This document shows, in pieces, positions 10,619-19,983 of a stretch of 64,000 bases of DNA. Both the position numbers and the translations under genes were made by a program. The number at the start of each line of letters is the position of its first letter. Within the stretch, counting starts at the first letter, position 1. The stretch covers positions 34,752-98,751 of the forward strand of contig CAKPCF010000002.1 of NCBI GenBank assembly GCA_934141445.1. The letters run 5' to 3'. The notes beneath the pieces were generated by a model. It did not search any database. It saw nothing but the letters and a program-made list of their open reading frames with translations, and was not told the DNA's origin. The stretch is from an uncultured Clostridia bacterium. Lineage in GTDB: Bacteria > Bacillota > Clostridia > TANB77 > CAG-508.

Positions 10619-11167
10619 ATGAGTGTAGTTATTACATTAGAAGATATACAAGCTTATGCAGAAATAGATTATATAATTAACCATATGAATGAAAAGTATA
10701 TAGAAAAGGTGCCTAAAAAGTTACTTGAATTTTTTTCTAATATGAAAGATCCAAATTATGAAGTGTATGTAGATCCACATAAACCATTACAAAATCAGGG
10801 TTTGAAAAAATATACTTTAGAAGTAATTGCTCTATTACATGTTAAATATTGGTGTGAAGATGAAAATAGAAGAAATGAACTTATTGAAAGAATGCAAGCT
10901 AATCAAGAAAAATATGAAAATAGATTAAAAGAACAATTTAATGTTGAAAAATTATTTTCAGAGCCAACAGCTAAAAAGATTTCCTCTTTGGATGATTTAG
11001 AAGAAAAAGAAGATTTATCAAAACCAAAAAAAGTAAAAAAAGTTGTTGTTAAAGATGAAATAAAAGAAAAGGCAGTTCAAACAGATTCTAAAGAAAAATA
11101 TCCACAGAAAGTTGAAAAAAAGATGGGTTTATTTGCAAAAATAAAATATTTCTTTACTAAAAAATAG
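10619..11167 (+). CDS. hypothetical protein
   Basis: ATG at 10619 after GGGGAG. Lys/Glu-rich C-terminus; no motif recognised. Confidence 0.5.
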   Translation: MSVVITLEDIQAYAEIDYIINHMNEKYIEKVPKKLLEFFSNMKDPNYEVYVDPHKPLQNQGLKKYTLEVIALLHVKYWCEDENRRNELIERMQANQEKYENRLKEQFNVEKLFSEPTAKKISSLDDLEEKEDLSKPKKVKKVVVKDEIKEKAVQTDSKEKYPQKVEKKMGLFAKIKYFFTKK

Positions 11168-11171
11168 ATTG

Positions 11172-11192
11172 AGACCAGCATTAAGCTGGTCT
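11172..11192. terminator. hairpin between convergent genes
   Basis: AGACCAGC-attaa-GCTGGTCT. The flanking U-tracts are weak. Confidence 0.45.
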
Positions 11193-12023
11193 TTACTGAT
11201 TTATAAATATTTGATTCATATTGTTATTGATTTCCAAGATATTTCCATCAACTAATATGTCTTTTTCAAAATTTTTTAAAGGAATTGATATATTAAAAAA
11301 AGCTTTATATTCAGAATTATTATTATCAACCAAATGAATTATGAAACTAAAGTTAGTGTTAATAACAGAAGTATCAGTAATAATATTTTTTAAAATAGTT
11401 CCATTTTGGGTCAATGTATAGGAATTTTTTAAATTGAAATTTTGTGATAGTGTATTTACATATTTTAAAGTTAAAGGTATAGAGCAATCAGAGAAAAATA
11501 TTGGTGTATTATATTGCATTTCATTTGCTTCATTAGTATCATTCACAATTTCAAATTCCATAGATTCATTAAAAGGATAATCTTTTTGTATAAATTCAGT
11601 TCCAAATTTAGTTGGATTTTCATAGAAAATATTTGTTTTACCAATTACTGGAGGAGTAGAAAGATTTAATGTATCAATCCAAATTTTCTTAACAAAAAAG
11701 TCATCTGATTTAGGCTTTATATAGATTGCTATATCGGTATATTGAAAAATTTCAATTGACCAATCATCTTTGTTTGAAGAATTTATATTGTTGTTAGCAT
11801 AAGCACTACTGTATAAAATTGATTTTGAAATTTTAAAATTGCTGTTATTATTTTTTTCATAAAAAGAGACATAAGAATTACTTGAATTATTGAAACTTTG
11901 TATTGAGTTAAAAATATATTTATACATGAGTATTACAATAATACAAGCAATGCATTCTATAATTATAAATAATAAATTTTTTTTATTTTTCAATATTATC
12001 ACTCCTATAAATATTTTATTCAA
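11193..12023 (-). CDS. hypothetical membrane-anchored protein
   Basis: Single N-terminal TM segment (LLFIIIECIACIIVILMY) followed by an Asn-rich extracytoplasmic region. Confidence 0.5.
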   Translation of the reverse strand: MNKIFIGVIILKNKKNLLFIIIECIACIIVILMYKYIFNSIQSFNNSSNSYVSFYEKNNNSNFKISKSILYSSAYANNNINSSNKDDWSIEIFQYTDIAIYIKPKSDDFFVKKIWIDTLNLSTPPVIGKTNIFYENPTKFGTEFIQKDYPFNESMEFEIVNDTNEANEMQYNTPIFFSDCSIPLTLKYVNTLSQNFNLKNSYTLTQNGTILKNIITDTSVINTNFSFIIHLVDNNNSEYKAFFNISIPLKNFEKDILVDGNILEINNNMNQIFINQ

Positions 12024-12119
12024 TATATTATATATTTAAAAATTTATCAATATTTTTTGGCAAAATATGAAATTGACAAAATAATTTTCTAATATTAAAA
12101 TAATTACGGAGGAATACTG

Positions 12120-13319
12120 ATGAAAAAAATATTTGGTAATAAAAAAATTAAATATTCTTTTGCTATAGTATTAACTGTAGGTGTAATTACTATGCCTATA
12201 ATTTTTTCAAGAAGAACTTATGCTACTTCTGAAACTAATATAAATAATGAACTTCAAAAAAATGTTAATCCTTTAGATATTGAAAAAATTTTAGAGGATA
12301 ATATTTCAAATAATATTAGAGAAGAAATTAGTGTTGAAGAAATTGATTTAGAATATAATACTGAATATAAAAATAATTCTGAACTTCCAAAAGGAACAAT
12401 GCAAATCGTTCAAGAAGGACAAGATGGAAAACAAAAAGTAATTGCTATAAAAAAATATGAAAATGATACTTTGATTTCTGAGTCTGTAATTACTGATACT
12501 ATTGAAAAAGCAGCTATAAGTAAAATTGTAGAAATTGGAACTGGAAAAAGTAGTAAACTTTCTAAAGTAAAAGTTGGAGATACTTGTTATGTAACTGCTA
12601 AAAATTTATCTGTGAGATTAGAACCTAATAAAGATTCGGAAAAGATTTGTACATTAAATAAAAATACAGAGGTCAAAATATTAGAAATATTAGATGATTG
12701 GTATTACATATATTCAAAAGAAAGAGAAGGATATGTTGATAAAAATGGAATTACGAATAAAAATCCAAATTCTGATGCTCAAGATGGACAGGCATCAGAA
12801 ATGTCAAAATCTGAATTAACTAAAAACTTGAGTTTTGATATGGATTTGAATATTCCAAGTAATTTATCATTAGAGCAATTCAAAAAAATATTTGAAAATG
12901 ATTCAAATGATATAAATAATGTATTTTATGAAAATGCAGAATATTTTTATTATGCTGAAAAACAATATAAAATAAATGGTGTATTTCTTGCAGCCGTTGC
13001 AATACATGAAAGTGGTTGGGGTACATCAACAATATCAAAAAATAAGAAAAATTTATTTGGGTATGGAGCTGTTGATAGTAATCCATATGGTGGTGCTTAT
13101 CAATTTTCTACATATAATGAAGGAATAGATTTAGTAGCTAGAGCTTTTGTTAAATACTATTTAAATGAAGCAGGAACCGAAATTTTTGATGGAAACATAG
13201 CTAATGGCAAATTTTATAATGGCAGTAATTTAACAGCTGTAAATAAAGTATATGCTTCTGATAAAAATTGGGCAAATGGTGTTTATAAATGGATGAAGTA
13301 TTTATATAATAAAATATAA
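12120..13319 (+). CDS. secreted peptidoglycan hydrolase: G5 + SH3-like + GH73 glucosaminidase
   Basis: Signal or anchor sequence. G5 block (YKNNSELPKGTMQIVQEGQDGKQKV...IVEIGTG). SH3_3-like segment (VKVGDTCYVTAKNLSVRLEP...DDWYYIYS). GH73 block (FLAAVAIHESGWGTS...NLFGYGA...YASDKNWANGV). Confidence 0.8.
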   Translation: MKKIFGNKKIKYSFAIVLTVGVITMPIIFSRRTYATSETNINNELQKNVNPLDIEKILEDNISNNIREEISVEEIDLEYNTEYKNNSELPKGTMQIVQEGQDGKQKVIAIKKYENDTLISESVITDTIEKAAISKIVEIGTGKSSKLSKVKVGDTCYVTAKNLSVRLEPNKDSEKICTLNKNTEVKILEILDDWYYIYSKEREGYVDKNGITNKNPNSDAQDGQASEMSKSELTKNLSFDMDLNIPSNLSLEQFKKIFENDSNDINNVFYENAEYFYYAEKQYKINGVFLAAVAIHESGWGTSTISKNKKNLFGYGAVDSNPYGGAYQFSTYNEGIDLVARAFVKYYLNEAGTEIFDGNIANGKFYNGSNLTAVNKVYASDKNWANGVYKWMKYLYNKI

Positions 13320-13438
13320 TATTTTATAAAAAAATATTGATAAATTTGGAAAAATTAGGTTGATATTTTTATAATAATATTGTATTATATATAAGTAGAA
13401 ATATTTAGGGAAATAGCCTAAAGGAGGTTAAAATAGAT

Positions 13439-13849
13439 ATGCTAAAAAAAGCTGGAATTATTGCAATAATTATACTAATGATGCTTGGTACTCTAGAAGT
13501 ATATGCTACAACTTCACAAGGAGAAGCTATATTAAATTCACAACAAACAGGTGAACTTTTAGAGATGAAAGAGTCAACAAAAGCTACAATGAACGAATAC
13601 ATAGAAAAATATGGTTCTGTACCTTTTGGTATGGCAGCATATATACTAGCAGCAATTAGAATATATAGCATACCATTTTGTTTTGTTGGAATTGCTATTG
13701 GTTCTATATACCAATATGTAATAGGAATAAGAAAATTAGATGTAAGAGATAAGGGCTTTGCATTGATAATAACATTTGTAACAATATTATTGATTTGCCA
13801 AGTTCTACCATTGATTTTTGCCATAGTAGTAAATGGTTGGAGGGGTTAA
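13439..13849 (+). CDS. small polytopic membrane protein with signal peptide
   Basis: Strong RBS AAGGAGG at 13421-13427, signal peptide plus 3 TM segments. Stops 3 nt before the next gene. Confidence 0.6.
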   Translation: MLKKAGIIAIIILMMLGTLEVYATTSQGEAILNSQQTGELLEMKESTKATMNEYIEKYGSVPFGMAAYILAAIRIYSIPFCFVGIAIGSIYQYVIGIRKLDVRDKGFALIITFVTILLICQVLPLIFAIVVNGWRG

Positions 13850-13852
13850 CGA

Positions 13853-16800
13853 ATGAAAGTTTTATTTGCAGTAAGTAGTGAAGAAATTTCTGAAAAGATA
13901 ATTAGAAGATATCAAAAAGAATATAAAGAGATATTATCTTATAAAAATGTTTATTACTTCAACGCAATATTAAAAGAGATACAAAAAGATAAAACTTATG
14001 ATCGAATTGTTATAAGTGAAGATTTAGAGCCTTTTGCAAATAATAATTACGATACAATAGATAAATTGATTTTTGATCGACTAGATAGTATTAGCGATGA
14101 AGCACATGATATGCAGGGAAAAGAAACTGCTATTATTTTAATCTGTACGGAAAGAAGAACAAAAGGAAGTTCTATATTATTAAAATTGTTTGGCATTGGA
14201 ATATACAATGCCTTATTAGGCAATGACAGAAGTATGGAACAAGTTTGCAAATTGATAAACAGACCAAGAGGAAAAAAGGAAGCAAAGCAATATTATCAAA
14301 TCGATACAGAAGAAGTTAATTATAAAGCCGAAAATGAAAATGAAGTTAGTGAAATGGAAATTCAAAATATATTAGCTCATTTTAAAAAGTTAGGTAGAAA
14401 TACAGAAAGATATGCAGAAAGTTTTAAGAGTATAGCTGCACAATATACTGATGAACAATTAAAAATAGTTATTAATTGTTTACCTATGAATGTAAAAGCA
14501 GTTCTAGAAGCAACTTCTCCAAAATATCAAGAGCTAATGTCTGTTTCTGGAAACATAAGACCAGAAGATGCAGCTAGTGTTGAAAAGAAAGTAAGAAATG
14601 CTGGCTTAAGAATTGATAATATTTCAAGTGCCGAAAAAAATCAAATGAATGGTCCAATTGTAATACCTTCAAATGTTCGTACTAATAAAAATGTAAGAAG
14701 TGTTGTTACAAATACAGAAAATGTTGTACAACCAAGACCTGTTGTACCAACAATAAATGCAAGAAGTAATGAAATTAGACAATCAGAGACTGTAAATAAT
14801 AATCAAACTATGCAACAAGAAGCAAGGCAAGTTGTAAGACCAAGAGTTGTACAACCAAGCATAAGAAAACCAGTTGAACCTGTTAGACCAGTTCAAAATA
14901 CTTATAATCAAATTGATGAAAGTAAAAATCAAAATTCAATTCAAGATGAAACAGAAGATTTTGATATGCTTTTACCTGGATTTGATGAAGTTGAAGTATC
15001 AGAAAAAGAAGAAATCCAAGAGAAAAAAGGAAGAGGAAGACCTAGAAAAATAGTTCCAGAAACAACTGAGGAAAAGCCAAAGGGAAAAAGAGGTAGACCA
15101 AGAAAGGTTGTTGAGGAAGCAGAAGAAGTATTACCTGGTGTAGAAGATACAACTGTTCTACCAGGACTAGATGATGAGTCTTTTGATGATAATATATTGC
15201 CAAATAATACACAAGATGATGATATATCAAGTTTATTACCAGGCTTTGAAGATGAAGATACAGGATTATTACCTGGACTTGAAGATGAAAAAGATAATAA
15301 AATACAAAATAATCAAACTGTTGAAACAAGAAATGTAAATACACCAAATATGCCAAGAAATACTATTAAGCAACCTGAAAAAGCTAAAATACAACCAATA
15401 GTAGCTGATGATGATATATCAAGTTTATTACCAGAAACTAATTTTGATGATGAAGATGAATATACTGACGAAGTTATGCTTCCAGGACTTGATGAGTTAG
15501 ATGATTTGGATGATATTCAAGATGAAGATAATATTGTACCAAAAACTACAAATAACATGCAAAATAATGTAAATGTACAAGAAGAACAAAAAGAATATGA
15601 AGATTTTGATGATGGATTATTGCCTGGATTAGATGGTTTTGATGAAGATGGAACTTTATTACCTGGAATGGGATTTGAAGATGAAAATCAAAATGTACAA
15701 CAACCGATACAATCAAATACTGTACAAAACAATAATATTCGTAAACCACTTCATTCATATACTGTTAAAAGCGGAGGATTGCGTCAAAAGAATATTCTAA
15801 ATCCTAAAACAACGAATACTGAATTAAACAATGATATTCAATTGGAAGATGATTTAGACTTGAATTATAATAATACTCCAAATGTAAATCAACCAGTATA
15901 TAATCAGAATAATTATACACAGGAGAATTCAACAAACTACAATACTTATAGTGATGAATATTCTAATAACTATGATAATAATTATGGAAAAGTAGACAGT
16001 TTAAAGCCAAAAGTTGATTACTCAATGTCAAGTTTGAATAGTTTATTGACTCAAGATAAAAAAATAGTTACATTTATAGGCACAACTAAAAATGGTACAT
16101 CTTTCTTAGTTAATAATATTGCTGCTATATTTTCATCTCTTGGAATAAATACAGCAATATTAGATATGACAAAAAATAGAAATTCATATTATATTTATAC
16201 AAAAAATGAAGAGGAACTTAGAAAAATTGCTTATAATTCAATGGAAAAATTAGAAAATGGATATGCAGAAGGAATTAAAGTTGACAAGAACTTAACAGTA
16301 TATACTGCGTTACCGAATGATGGAAAAGTATATACAAATGCGGAAGCGATTTTATCAACTTTAGTTCAAAATCACTCTGTAGTATTGATTGACTGTGATT
16401 TTGATACAGACCCAGGATATTTTGCAAGTTGCCAAGAAATATATTTAGTACAATCTTTAGATATTCTAACAATACAACCTTTAACAGCATTTTTAAGAGA
16501 CTTAAAAACTAAAGGTGTGTTAGAACCAGAAAAAGTTAGAGTTGTAATAAACAAAGATATGAAAGTAGGTAACTTAACAAATAAAGTAGTTATTGCTGGT
16601 ATGTCTTTCTATAATGACCCAGCTATGTCATTTATGACTGAGTTATTTAATAAAGATATGGTAAAATATTGTGTAATACCATTTGATGAAAAAGCATATT
16701 CAAAATATTTGGAAGCTATGGTAGAATGCAAAGTTTCATATAATAGCTATCCTTCAAACTTTATAAATAAGTTAAAAACACTTGGAGATATGGTATATCC

Positions 16801-16912
16801 ATTAACAAGTAAACAGGCTTATGGAAAACAAGCAAATAGTACAGCAAAAACAAATAATAATTTCTCAAACAGTATGAATAGTACATTAAATAAAATGAGA
16901 AAGAAATATTAG
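13853..16912 (+). CDS. pseudo-receiver + long acidic/low-complexity linker (AT-hooks, LPG repeats) + ParA/MinD/CpaE-like domain with degenerate P-loop
   Basis: The N-terminal ~150 aa is CheY-like in pattern but lacks the acidic pocket. The C-terminus has KKIVTFIGTTKNGTSFLVNN (deviant, shortened Walker A) and VVLIDCDFD (Walker B). The centre carries GRGRPRK and KRGRPRK AT-hooks and 8 [LVM]LPG[FLVM] motifs. Confidence 0.55.
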   Translation: MKVLFAVSSEEISEKIIRRYQKEYKEILSYKNVYYFNAILKEIQKDKTYDRIVISEDLEPFANNNYDTIDKLIFDRLDSISDEAHDMQGKETAIILICTERRTKGSSILLKLFGIGIYNALLGNDRSMEQVCKLINRPRGKKEAKQYYQIDTEEVNYKAENENEVSEMEIQNILAHFKKLGRNTERYAESFKSIAAQYTDEQLKIVINCLPMNVKAVLEATSPKYQELMSVSGNIRPEDAASVEKKVRNAGLRIDNISSAEKNQMNGPIVIPSNVRTNKNVRSVVTNTENVVQPRPVVPTINARSNEIRQSETVNNNQTMQQEARQVVRPRVVQPSIRKPVEPVRPVQNTYNQIDESKNQNSIQDETEDFDMLLPGFDEVEVSEKEEIQEKKGRGRPRKIVPETTEEKPKGKRGRPRKVVEEAEEVLPGVEDTTVLPGLDDESFDDNILPNNTQDDDISSLLPGFEDEDTGLLPGLEDEKDNKIQNNQTVETRNVNTPNMPRNTIKQPEKAKIQPIVADDDISSLLPETNFDDEDEYTDEVMLPGLDELDDLDDIQDEDNIVPKTTNNMQNNVNVQEEQKEYEDFDDGLLPGLDGFDEDGTLLPGMGFEDENQNVQQPIQSNTVQNNNIRKPLHSYTVKSGGLRQKNILNPKTTNTELNNDIQLEDDLDLNYNNTPNVNQPVYNQNNYTQENSTNYNTYSDEYSNNYDNNYGKVDSLKPKVDYSMSSLNSLLTQDKKIVTFIGTTKNGTSFLVNNIAAIFSSLGINTAILDMTKNRNSYYIYTKNEEELRKIAYNSMEKLENGYAEGIKVDKNLTVYTALPNDGKVYTNAEAILSTLVQNHSVVLIDCDFDTDPGYFASCQEIYLVQSLDILTIQPLTAFLRDLKTKGVLEPEKVRVVINKDMKVGNLTNKVVIAGMSFYNDPAMSFMTELFNKDMVKYCVIPFDEKAYSKYLEAMVECKVSYNSYPSNFINKLKTLGDMVYPLTSKQAYGKQANSTAKTNNNFSNSMNSTLNKMRKKY

Positions 16913-16935
16913 TAGAAATATTTTTAATAATAGAG

Positions 16936-18081
16936 GTGAATACTTTGGTAATTTTAGTAATAGGCGTTTTAGTATTGGCAATAATATTTTTAGTTGTATA
17001 TAATATACAGGTACAGAAAAAAATAGAAGAGTATAAAAATTTAGATGAAAGACGTAGTAAGTTATCTGTTATTCAAGACTTTTTAAATATTGCCGGCGAA
17101 GCTGAAACTGTTGATGAAAAATTAAATAAAATAAATGAAATAGTAATAGATAAATACAATATAAAGTATTCAACTCTAGTTGTATTTGATGGAGCAGAAT
17201 ATGTTGTAAAAGCATCAAATGTAGATAAAATACATTATGATACTTTATCAAATTTACATACAGAAGAAATTTTTCAAGATAGTGTTACAACAGCTACACC
17301 TAAATATATAACAATTGAAAATGAAAATGAAAAATTACCTTATCAGAAAACTGAAATGGGTAGAGCTAAATCAGCAATGTTTTTCCCTTTATATATAGAC
17401 AACATATATATTGGCTACTGGGTAATGGAAAGTGGAAAAATGCATGCCTTTGATGATATGGATACAACTGTTATAGAAGTAGTAAAAGAAAACATAATAT
17501 CAGTATTAAGAACTACAGCTTATCAAGATACTATTGAAAATATTGATAGAATAGATAAGTTTACAGGCTTACATTCAGCTGAATACTTATATGGAAAAGC
17601 TAAATATACAATAGATAACTATGCTACATCAGCTGTTTGTATGTTTAGAATATCAAATATTGAAGAAATAAATGAAAGTGCTGGAAGATTGATAGGAAAT
17701 GATATAATTACAGAAGTAAGTAATATTGTAAAAGCTAGAATGTCTTCACAATATATTTTTGTAAGATATATGGGACCAAAATTTGTAATTATATTTTCTG
17801 GAGTTGAAGAAGATAGTTTAGAGGAATTTATAAAAGATATAAAATCTGAAATTGAAGACTTACAAATTATAGAAGAGCCAGAAGAAGTTGAATCAATACA
17901 TACAATAAAAGGTAAAAAAGTTCGTATAACAGAAACAACAGAGAGAAAAGAAGCTTCTCCAAAAATCAATTTTGTTATATCAACTTATTATAAAGGCACT
18001 GGTTTAGAAAAATTAACTAAAAGATTAGAAGAATACATGGATTCTGCAGACAAAGCAGAAAATCAAATAAATTATATTTAG
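16936..18081 (+). CDS. membrane-anchored GAF-like + degenerate GGDEF domain protein
   Basis: N-terminal TM segment. KFTGLHSAEYLY matches D.LTGL.NR only partially, and RYMGPKFVIIF replaces RYGGDEF. The start is uncertain (GTG 16936 or TTG 16945). Confidence 0.5.
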   Translation: MNTLVILVIGVLVLAIIFLVVYNIQVQKKIEEYKNLDERRSKLSVIQDFLNIAGEAETVDEKLNKINEIVIDKYNIKYSTLVVFDGAEYVVKASNVDKIHYDTLSNLHTEEIFQDSVTTATPKYITIENENEKLPYQKTEMGRAKSAMFFPLYIDNIYIGYWVMESGKMHAFDDMDTTVIEVVKENIISVLRTTAYQDTIENIDRIDKFTGLHSAEYLYGKAKYTIDNYATSAVCMFRISNIEEINESAGRLIGNDIITEVSNIVKARMSSQYIFVRYMGPKFVIIFSGVEEDSLEEFIKDIKSEIEDLQIIEEPEEVESIHTIKGKKVRITETTERKEASPKINFVISTYYKGTGLEKLTKRLEEYMDSADKAENQINYI

Positions 18082-18094
18082 GAGGGGATAGAGT

Positions 18095-18349
18095 ATGGCA
18101 GTAGACAAAACTTTAAGTTTTAAAGTTGAAAAAGATAAGAGTGTGAGAGCTAAAGAAATACTTAAACAAGTATATCAAGCTTTAGTTGAGAAAGGATATA
18201 ATCCAATTAACCAAATAGTAGGATACATTTTGTCAGGAGACCCAACCTATATTACAAGTCATAATGATGCTAGAAATTTAATTCGTTTAATTGAAAGAGA
18301 CGAATTATTAGAAAAAATGGTAAAATATTATATAGGATTAGAAGATTAG
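18095..18349 (+). CDS. ireB: IreB-family regulatory phosphoprotein (UPF0297)
   Basis: [44 protein letters not shown]. Canonical position upstream of ruvX. Confidence 0.85.
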   Translation: MAVDKTLSFKVEKDKSVRAKEILKQVYQALVEKGYNPINQIVGYILSGDPTYITSHNDARNLIRLIERDELLEKMVKYYIGLED

Positions 18350-18350
18350 T

Positions 18351-18767
18351 ATGCGTACATTAGGAATTGATTATGGTGATGCAAGAGTTGGGATTGCGAT
18401 AACAGATGCTTTAGGAATAACAGCACAAGGACTAGAAACAATTCACTCAAATGGAAGTGATAAAGTTATTTTAAGAAGATTAGATGAAATTTTTTCTGAA
18501 TATGAGGTAGATACTATTGTTGTTGGTATGCCTTATAATATGGATGGAACAAAAACATTTAGAGCAGAGGCAACAGAAAAATTTATTCATAAATTAAAAT
18601 GCAAATATAATAAAATGAAAATTGAAACAATAGATGAAAGACTTACAACAGTTGCAGCACATAAAACAATGAATTTTTTAGATGTAAACAAATCTAAAAA
18701 AAGAGGAATTGTAGATACTATTTCTGCTGTATATATATTAGAAATGTATATGAATAAAAATAAATAA
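18351..18767 (+). CDS. ruvX: Holliday-junction-resolvase-like pre-16S rRNA nuclease YqgF
   Basis: LGIDYGDARVGIAITD, VVGMPYNMDGT and DERLTT. Confidence 0.9.
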   Translation: MRTLGIDYGDARVGIAITDALGITAQGLETIHSNGSDKVILRRLDEIFSEYEVDTIVVGMPYNMDGTKTFRAEATEKFIHKLKCKYNKMKIETIDERLTTVAAHKTMNFLDVNKSKKRGIVDTISAVYILEMYMNKNK

Positions 18768-18872
18768 TAAAAATATCACGAAAATAAAAAAAGGTATTGA
18801 AAAATTTTAAACTATAGTATAAGATGTAAAAAAATAGTAGAAGATACTATTTAAAATGAAAGGAGATAAAAA

Positions 18873-19193
18873 ATGGATAACGAAAATATGAATCAAGGAT
18901 ATGATGAAGATAGCAACATTATATATTTAAATGATGAAAATGGTAATGATGTTAAATTCGAATTTTTAGATTTAATAGAATATGAATCAGAACAATATGT
19001 TGTTTTATTACCAGCAGATGATAATGAAGAAGACAACGGCGAAGTTGTTATACTAAAATTAGAAGATTCAGAATCAGAAGACGAAGAATCTTATGTAAGT
19101 GTTGATGATGAAGAAACTTTAAATGCAGTTTTTGAAATATTTAAAGAGAAATTTAAAGATGAATTTAATTTTGATGATGCTGATGCTGAATAA
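18873..19193 (+). CDS. DUF1292-family acidic protein (YrzB-like)
   Basis: The pattern ...NGNDVKFEFLDLIEYESEQYVVLLP...VVILKLE and the position after ruvX. Confidence 0.7.
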   Translation: MDNENMNQGYDEDSNIIYLNDENGNDVKFEFLDLIEYESEQYVVLLPADDNEEDNGEVVILKLEDSESEDEESYVSVDDEETLNAVFEIFKEKFKDEFNFDDADAE

Positions 19194-19214
19194 TTTTAGA
19201 TTTAACCTTAGTTT

Positions 19215-19256
19215 ATAGATGACAATTCAATTACGAGTTGTCATCTATTTTTTTTC
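19215..19256 (+). terminator. rho-independent terminator
   Basis: ATAGATGACAA-12 nt-TTGTCATCTAT followed by a T8 run. Confidence 0.8.
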
Positions 19257-19382
19257 TAATAGAGAAGTTAAATCAATGAATTTTTTATCGAGAAAATAAA
19301 AATATTTGAATAAAATTTCTATAAAATATTTAAAAAATAAGTAGTATATGATAATATAAAAATATTGATGGAGGTATACGAT

Positions 19383-19850
19383 ATGAGTTTATTTAGTTAT
19401 TTAATTACAATTTTTAGTGTAATGTTTTGGTTTTTTAGAGCAATAGTTTGCCTAATGGCATCTATGAGTAGAAGCTTTGTTTGCCAACCAATGAACTTAA
19501 ATATAGAAATAGGTGTGCTATTTGCTACATTACCATGTATGTTTTTAATTTTTAAAAGAAATATAATAGGTGCAACCGTTTACTTTGGTATATATGGTGC
19601 ATATTTTGGAACAGCAATATATAATTATATATCTATGATTCAAGAAGCAGGAAATGGACTAGTAGTTGACTTGAATTTATTGGTTAATGTCTTAGGAATA
19701 GTAATAGCTACTTTGACATTTTTAGACATTTTATTAAATAAAAATAGAAGAAATTTTGGATTAGATCAAAAGACAAATTGGTTTTACAACAATGAAAAAT
19801 ATGAGAGAGAACTTGACTCAAGGGCAGACAAAAATCAATATAAATTATAA
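19383..19850 (+). CDS. hypothetical 4-TM membrane protein
   Basis: ATG at 19383, 7 nt after GGAGGT. Hydrophobic profile. Confidence 0.5.
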   Translation: MSLFSYLITIFSVMFWFFRAIVCLMASMSRSFVCQPMNLNIEIGVLFATLPCMFLIFKRNIIGATVYFGIYGAYFGTAIYNYISMIQEAGNGLVVDLNLLVNVLGIVIATLTFLDILLNKNRRNFGLDQKTNWFYNNEKYERELDSRADKNQYKL

Positions 19851-19983
19851 TTTGATGTGTAAAAAGAAAGTGGATTTTAGTATGTTAATCTTGTAACTTG
19901 TTATACTTATTTAAAAATATTGTTTATAAAGTAGTAAATTTGAAATTAGATTTTTAGTTGTAAAATAGAAGGGAATACAATAT

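Noticed and set aside
13405-13824. 139-aa minus-strand ORF almost exactly antisense to the 136-aa plus-strand ORF at 13439-13849
   Set aside because: The plus-strand ORF has a strong AAGGAGG RBS, a signal peptide and TM helices, and abuts the next gene in the operon. The minus-strand ORF has no RBS and looks like the mirror image of a hydrophobic gene in AT-rich DNA.
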